Assembly: GCA_963803225.1 (NCBI GenBank)
Contig: CAWDLJ010000004.1
Location: 1,167,706 to 1,231,705, forward strand
Reading direction: 5' to 3'
Source of the DNA: an uncultured beta proteobacterium
GTDB taxonomy: Bacteria > Pseudomonadota > Gammaproteobacteria > Burkholderiales > Burkholderiaceae
Length of the DNA stretch: 64,000 bases
Positions 59,361-64,000 of this stretch are shown here, one piece after another. Within the stretch, counting starts at the first letter, position 1; every line of letters begins with the position of its first letter. A program made the position numbers and the translations under genes. The notes under the pieces were generated by a model. That model did not search any database. It had not been told where the DNA came from and saw only the letters and a list, made by a program, of their open reading frames with translations.

Positions 59361-60101
59361 ATGAGAAAAACAAAGACGCTGTTCCTGTCATTGCTCGTCG
59401 CTCCCGCTTTCGGCTACGCCGCATCGGTCCCGGCGCCGGCGCTCCAGCCCGGCGATACGTGGACCTATGTCGACACCGTGGAAACCGCACCGAACGGATG
59501 GCGCCAGTCGCATGACGAGATCGTCGTGTTGCGTACGACCTCGGATCACATCTATTTCGAATCGAAGCAGGCGGGCTCCACGCAGGCCGCGCGCGAGCTG
59601 ATCGCAGGCGCGGACTGGAGTCGCTCGCGCAACGTGAACGGCTCTGAAACGCTCGTCAACCGGCCCTTGTCGTTTCCGCTTTCGAGCGGCAAGAGCTGGG
59701 ACGTGAAGTACACCGAGCTGCATCCCAACGTGCAGCATAGTTCGGAATCCTTTGATACGCACTTCAAGGTGGTGGGTCCCGAAACGATCGAGGTCGCCGG
59801 CGGCAAGTTCGAGACGATCAAGGTCGAGGCGGAAGGGGACTGGACCGCGGAAGTCGCGCCTGCGCAGGTGGCCTCGTCGATGGCGATTCACAATCAGGCC
59901 GGCGCGACCGTCGTGGCGCAGGCCCGCAACGTCGCACCGGTCACCGCGACCGGACGCACGTATATGGCTTTCTGGTACGCACCGGATGTCGGCCGCTGGG
60001 TGAAGTCGGTCGAGGAGTACTACGGCAGCAATGGCCAGCGCAACCAGCGTTTCTCGAGCGAACTCGAATCGTTCAAGCACGGCGCGTCGCAGCAACAGTA
60101 G
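59361..60101 (+). CDS. Secreted beta-rich hypothetical protein
   Basis: Signal peptide, LQPGDTWTY, E-x-I-x-V-x-GGKFET, WYAPDVGRWVK. Confidence 0.78.
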   Translation: MRKTKTLFLSLLVAPAFGYAASVPAPALQPGDTWTYVDTVETAPNGWRQSHDEIVVLRTTSDHIYFESKQAGSTQAARELIAGADWSRSRNVNGSETLVNRPLSFPLSSGKSWDVKYTELHPNVQHSSESFDTHFKVVGPETIEVAGGKFETIKVEAEGDWTAEVAPAQVASSMAIHNQAGATVVAQARNVAPVTATGRTYMAFWYAPDVGRWVKSVEEYYGSNGQRNQRFSSELESFKHGASQQQ

Positions 60102-60286
60102 TTGCGCAGGCAAGCTTACGGGCCCCGTTATTCCCGCGTAAGCCGCGCGCAAGGGCCGGTCATATTCCGCAATCAAGTTTTGCCCCGTTCCTGCTAACTT
60201 CTGGCGGTCGGCGCCGTTACCGAAGACCCGCGAAGTTTGAAGCGGTCGGCGCCGGCGTGATCGAGCTTTGGGAAAGGGAATTTTTG

Positions 60287-61798
60287 ATGTCGACGACGCG
60301 CGATACGCGGCCCGGGAGCGCGCAGCAATGGATGGACGAAGGCACCGCGTGCGTGGCGCGCGGCGATCTCGACCGCGCGGTTGAGTGCTACCGCCGCGCG
60401 GTGATGCTGGAACCGGCCCATGCGGGCGCTGCGAAGGCACTGGGCGCCGCGCTGATGCAACAAGGGTGTCTCGATGATGCGCTCGCGGTCTATCGCGATG
60501 CGTGCGAGCGCATAAGTGACGATGCGGACCTGTGGCACGCGCGCGGCTGGGCGCTCGAACAAATGGGCAAGCCCGCCGACGCCGTGACGAGCTATCGCGA
60601 AGCGCTGCGCCTGAACCGCGGCGCGGACGGCTCGTTCAACAATCTCGGCAACTGTCTGCAAACCCTCGGCCGCTTCGACGAGGCGCACGAGGCGTACCGC
60701 TCGGCGATCCAGCTCGCGCCGCAATGCGGACTCTACTACCGCAACCTCGTACAGACGCATCGTCTGAAGCCCGACGATCCGTGCTTCAGCGCGCTCGAAC
60801 GTCTGGCGACCGAGGGGCACGGCCAGCCCGTGCCAAACCAGATCGAAGCAAACTTTGCCTTCGGTCAGGCGCTCGCCGACATCGGACAGAACGACCGCTC
60901 GTTCACACATCAGATGATGGCCAACGCACTCGCGCGTCAGCGCACGGCCTACGATGAGGCCATAACGCTAGGCCTTTTCGCGCAGTTGCCCGGTTTTTTC
61001 CCGGCGCGTACGCTGCGCGCAAAGCACGGGCTCGGCGATGCCTCGGATGCGCCGGTCTTCGTGATCGGTATGCCGCGCTCCGGCTCGACGCTGATCGAGC
61101 AGATCCTCGCGAGCCATCCCGCTGTATTCGGTCTCGGCGAATGCCCCGACTTCGGCAAGGCGCTCTCGGCGGCCATCGTGCAAGGTGACGCCAACGATGC
61201 CGGCAAGCTCAGTCTCGAAGGTCTCGATGCTTCGAGTGCCGCGCAATGGTCGGCGCTCGGCGCCGACTATCTGCGCCGGATCGCGGAGCAACCGGGCGCA
61301 GACGGGTCATCGCGGCGCATCGTCGACAAGTACTTGTTCAACTTCATGAACGTCGGTTTCATTCATCTCGCGTTGCCGAACGCGCGCTTCATCCATAGCC
61401 GCCGCTCGCCGCTCGATACTTGTCTGTCGATCTTTTCGCGTCCACTGCGCGACGTACCCTTCGGTCAGGATCTCGGTGAACTCGGCCGCTACTATCGCGC
61501 CTACGACGCATTGATGGCGCATTGGCGCCGCGTGCTGCCCGAGGGCGTGATGCTCGAGGTGCAGTACGAAGATCTCGTCGACGATCTCGAGGGCAACGTG
61601 CGCCGCATGCTCGCGCATTGCGGCCTCGACTGGGACGCGCGCTGCCTCGCGTTTCATCGCACCGAGCGCGAAGTGCACACGGCCAGCGCGCTGCAGGTGC
61701 GCACGCCGATCTATCGCAGCTCGCTCGCGCGCTGGCGCCCGGACGCGGCGCTGCTGCGGCCGCTCATCGATGGACTGGGGCCGGCACTCGCGTCCTGA
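60287..61798 (+). CDS. TPR + sulfotransferase-family protein
   Basis: TPR repeats, PAPS-binding PVFVIGMPRSGSTL, VDKYL, DTCLS, YEDLV. Confidence 0.88.
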   Translation: MSTTRDTRPGSAQQWMDEGTACVARGDLDRAVECYRRAVMLEPAHAGAAKALGAALMQQGCLDDALAVYRDACERISDDADLWHARGWALEQMGKPADAVTSYREALRLNRGADGSFNNLGNCLQTLGRFDEAHEAYRSAIQLAPQCGLYYRNLVQTHRLKPDDPCFSALERLATEGHGQPVPNQIEANFAFGQALADIGQNDRSFTHQMMANALARQRTAYDEAITLGLFAQLPGFFPARTLRAKHGLGDASDAPVFVIGMPRSGSTLIEQILASHPAVFGLGECPDFGKALSAAIVQGDANDAGKLSLEGLDASSAAQWSALGADYLRRIAEQPGADGSSRRIVDKYLFNFMNVGFIHLALPNARFIHSRRSPLDTCLSIFSRPLRDVPFGQDLGELGRYYRAYDALMAHWRRVLPEGVMLEVQYEDLVDDLEGNVRRMLAHCGLDWDARCLAFHRTEREVHTASALQVRTPIYRSSLARWRPDAALLRPLIDGLGPALAS

Positions 61799-61888
61799 GC
61801 GCTTTTTCAACGGGGCGTTCGCGCGAGAGTGCTATCCTCTCGTCCGGTTCAACCTGCGCAATCTGCGTTCTCACGCGAAAGTTTCCCT

Positions 61889-62797
61889 ATGACGACTCTT
61901 ATCAAGCGCGCTTCGGCTGAAGCGCGCGCGTTCGCCCAGACGCGCGACGAAGCCCCGACGACGAACAAGCGCGCGGCATCCCGTGCGAAGCGCGCCGACG
62001 ATGCCCTCGACGACGCCCCGGTGATCGACGCGCCGCGCAAGCCGCGCTTCGCGCCGGTCACGTTCTCGGAAGAGGGTGGCGTGCGCTATCTGCACTTCGG
62101 CACCGAATGGGTGCAAGGCGCGATGCGCCTGAAGAAGCCGGAGCACATCGAGCTCGAATACGCGCAGCAAATGATGGCGTGGCTGCTCTTTCTCGCGACG
62201 CCCGAGCGCATCGTGCAACTCGGTCTCGGCGCGGCTGCGCTCACCAAGTTCGCGCATCGCTATCTGCGGCCCGCGAAGGTCGAAGCGGTCGAGCTCAATC
62301 CCGCTGTCGTGGTCGCCGCACGCACGATGTTCGAACTGCCCGCCGACGACGCGCGCCTCACGGTGCACGAGCGCGACGCATGGGACTTCGTGCAGGACCG
62401 CGCAAATCACGGCACGATCGGCGCATTGCAGATCGACGTGTATGACGCGACCGCACGCGGCCCGGTGCTCGACAGCGTCGCGTTCTATCGCGCGGTGCGT
62501 GCGTGTCTCACCGACGCGGGCGTCGCGACGATCAACCTGTTCGGCGACCATCCGAGCTTCGTGCGCAACATGAAGCGCCTGAACGAGGCATTCGAGGGTC
62601 GCGTGATCGCATTGCCCGAAGTTCACGACGGCAATCGCGTCGCGCTCGCCTTCTCGGGCCCGGCGCTCGAGGTGCCATATGCACTGCTGGAAAAGCGCGC
62701 GCGAGTGCTCGAAACGAAGCTCGGCTTGCCTGCCGCGCAGTGGCTGAAGGGATTGCGCGAATCGAGCGGTCAGAACGGCGAGAACTTCTCGATCTGA
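61889..62797 (+). CDS. Spermidine synthase-like methyltransferase
   Basis: QLGLGAAAL SAM-binding loop, VELNP, IDVYD. Confidence 0.85.
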   Translation: MTTLIKRASAEARAFAQTRDEAPTTNKRAASRAKRADDALDDAPVIDAPRKPRFAPVTFSEEGGVRYLHFGTEWVQGAMRLKKPEHIELEYAQQMMAWLLFLATPERIVQLGLGAAALTKFAHRYLRPAKVEAVELNPAVVVAARTMFELPADDARLTVHERDAWDFVQDRANHGTIGALQIDVYDATARGPVLDSVAFYRAVRACLTDAGVATINLFGDHPSFVRNMKRLNEAFEGRVIALPEVHDGNRVALAFSGPALEVPYALLEKRARVLETKLGLPAAQWLKGLRESSGQNGENFSI

Positions 62798-62843
62798 TCG
62801 CGGCAGCGGGGACACCCTGTCCCCGCACAAGAGGACGCGCTAT

Positions 62844-62875
62844 AGCGCCGGCCATCGAGGCCGGCGCTTTTTTTT
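62844..62875 (+). terminator. Rho-independent terminator
   Basis: AGCGCCGGCC-ATCGA-GGCCGGCGCT followed by T tract. Confidence 0.85.
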
Positions 62876-64000
62876 GGTTCATCGACGATTACCGGGGAAC
62901 GCGGCGCGGATCTTCAGGAAGAAGTACTCCTCGTCGCGGTAGCCGTAAGCTCGCCGCTTGATGACCTTGATGGTGTTGTTGATCCCTTCGACGATGCTGG
63001 TGTTCAGCGCATGGCGGCAGCGCGCCACAATCCCGTGCCAGTAGCCTTGCAGGCGCCGGGCGAACAGTTGCAGAGCGTCAATTCCGCTTTGCCGGGCTTG
63101 CTCGAGCCATTGCTCCCAGGCCTCTTGTGCCTGGGTGGGGTTACGCTGGAACCACAGACGCTTGAGCTCGTCACGCAGCACGTAGACACACATCAACGGC
63201 TCATTGGCCGCCAGTAATTCCTTCAGGTGCACCGACTGGTCGGGCTTCAGATTGCGGTGGTTGCGCAGCAGCAGCCAGCGGCTGGACTTCAGGATCTTGC
63301 GCGCGGGCCGGTCATGGCGAAGCTGGTTGGCCTGATCGACCCGTACCCGGTCGATCACTTCGCGTCCGTATTTGGCCACCACATGAAACAGGTCGTAGAC
63401 GATTTCAGCCTGCGGGCAATGTGCGTTGATCTCCAGCTCGTAGGCCGTTGTCATGTCGATTGCAACCGCCTCGATGCGCTCAGCAACGCCCGCCGGCAAC
63501 TGTTCGAAGAAGGCCCGGGCCGTCTCGCGTGAGCGTCCCTGTCCGATCCAGAGCACCTGCCGGCCCACAGGATCGACCACCACCGTGGCGTAACGATGGC
63601 CTTTATGGAGCGCAAACTCGTCCATCGCCAGGTAGCGGATGGTCGACCAGTCTGGCTCGACCACACGCGCACGCAAGCGCATCTTGTCGATCGATTTGAC
63701 CGTGTGCCAGCCCAGACCGTAGAAAGCCGCCACCGCCTGTACGCTGGCCGCCTGCAGCAGCTTCTCGCACGCCTTCGCAAAACGCTCGGTCACCCGCTGA
63801 TAACGGCCCAGCCAGTCCAGCTTCTCCAGCCGTGGGCCACCGCAGTGCTCACACCAGACCCGCCGGCGCGGGACATGCAGCACGACCCGGTACTCAAACA
63901 GGGGTAGATCGCGCACTCGCCGCACGGTGGTCTCGTGGATCTGCTGGCAACGCGCGCCGCACTGCTCGCAGTACATGACCTTGCCGGCCGGCTTCAGATA
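62876..64000 (-). mobile_element. ISL3-family insertion sequence (left part outside window); transposase 62879..>64000
   Basis: Zn finger (CEQC...CEHC), DEF, AVAIDM, DLFHV, EGINNTIKVIKRRAYGY. Element end GGTTC at 62876. Confidence 0.93.

Overview
GC-rich betaproteobacterial (Burkholderia/Paraburkholderia-like; inferred from gene content and order) chromosomal window. Mostly core and accessory housekeeping genes: OmpR/EnvZ-type two-component pair, a SsuC/TauB-type ABC transporter, two c-di-GMP enzymes, otsA, uup, parE-parC, htpG, ubiC, catabolic clusters under LysR and MocR control, an HI1419/HI1420-type toxin-antitoxin pair, and an ISL3 element cut by the right edge. Three regions stand out. 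(1) A 6.4-kb island integrated at tRNA-Arg(CCT) (19-bp att duplication, 24650-31074). It carries a tyrosine integrase, a serine resolvase with a res-like site and a stand-alone paralog of its HTH, two SHOCT lipoproteins and a basic protein resembling a T7-like small terminase. It also has a 1.2-kb non-coding block with a T7-like promoter motif, a CTAAGG array, 8-bp and 14-bp tandem repeats and a 17-bp inverted repeat. It has no capsid or replication genes, so it is a candidate minimal satellite of a T7-like phage, or else an eroded prophage. (2) A 34-copy 8-bp VNTR directly upstream of an orphan HTH-Dcm methyltransferase/vsr pair. (3) A sigma-54 stress locus with four GG-N10-GC promoters, two enhancer-binding proteins (one with no regulatory domain), small proteins and otsA. 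All family assignments come from motif recognition by eye; no database searches were run.
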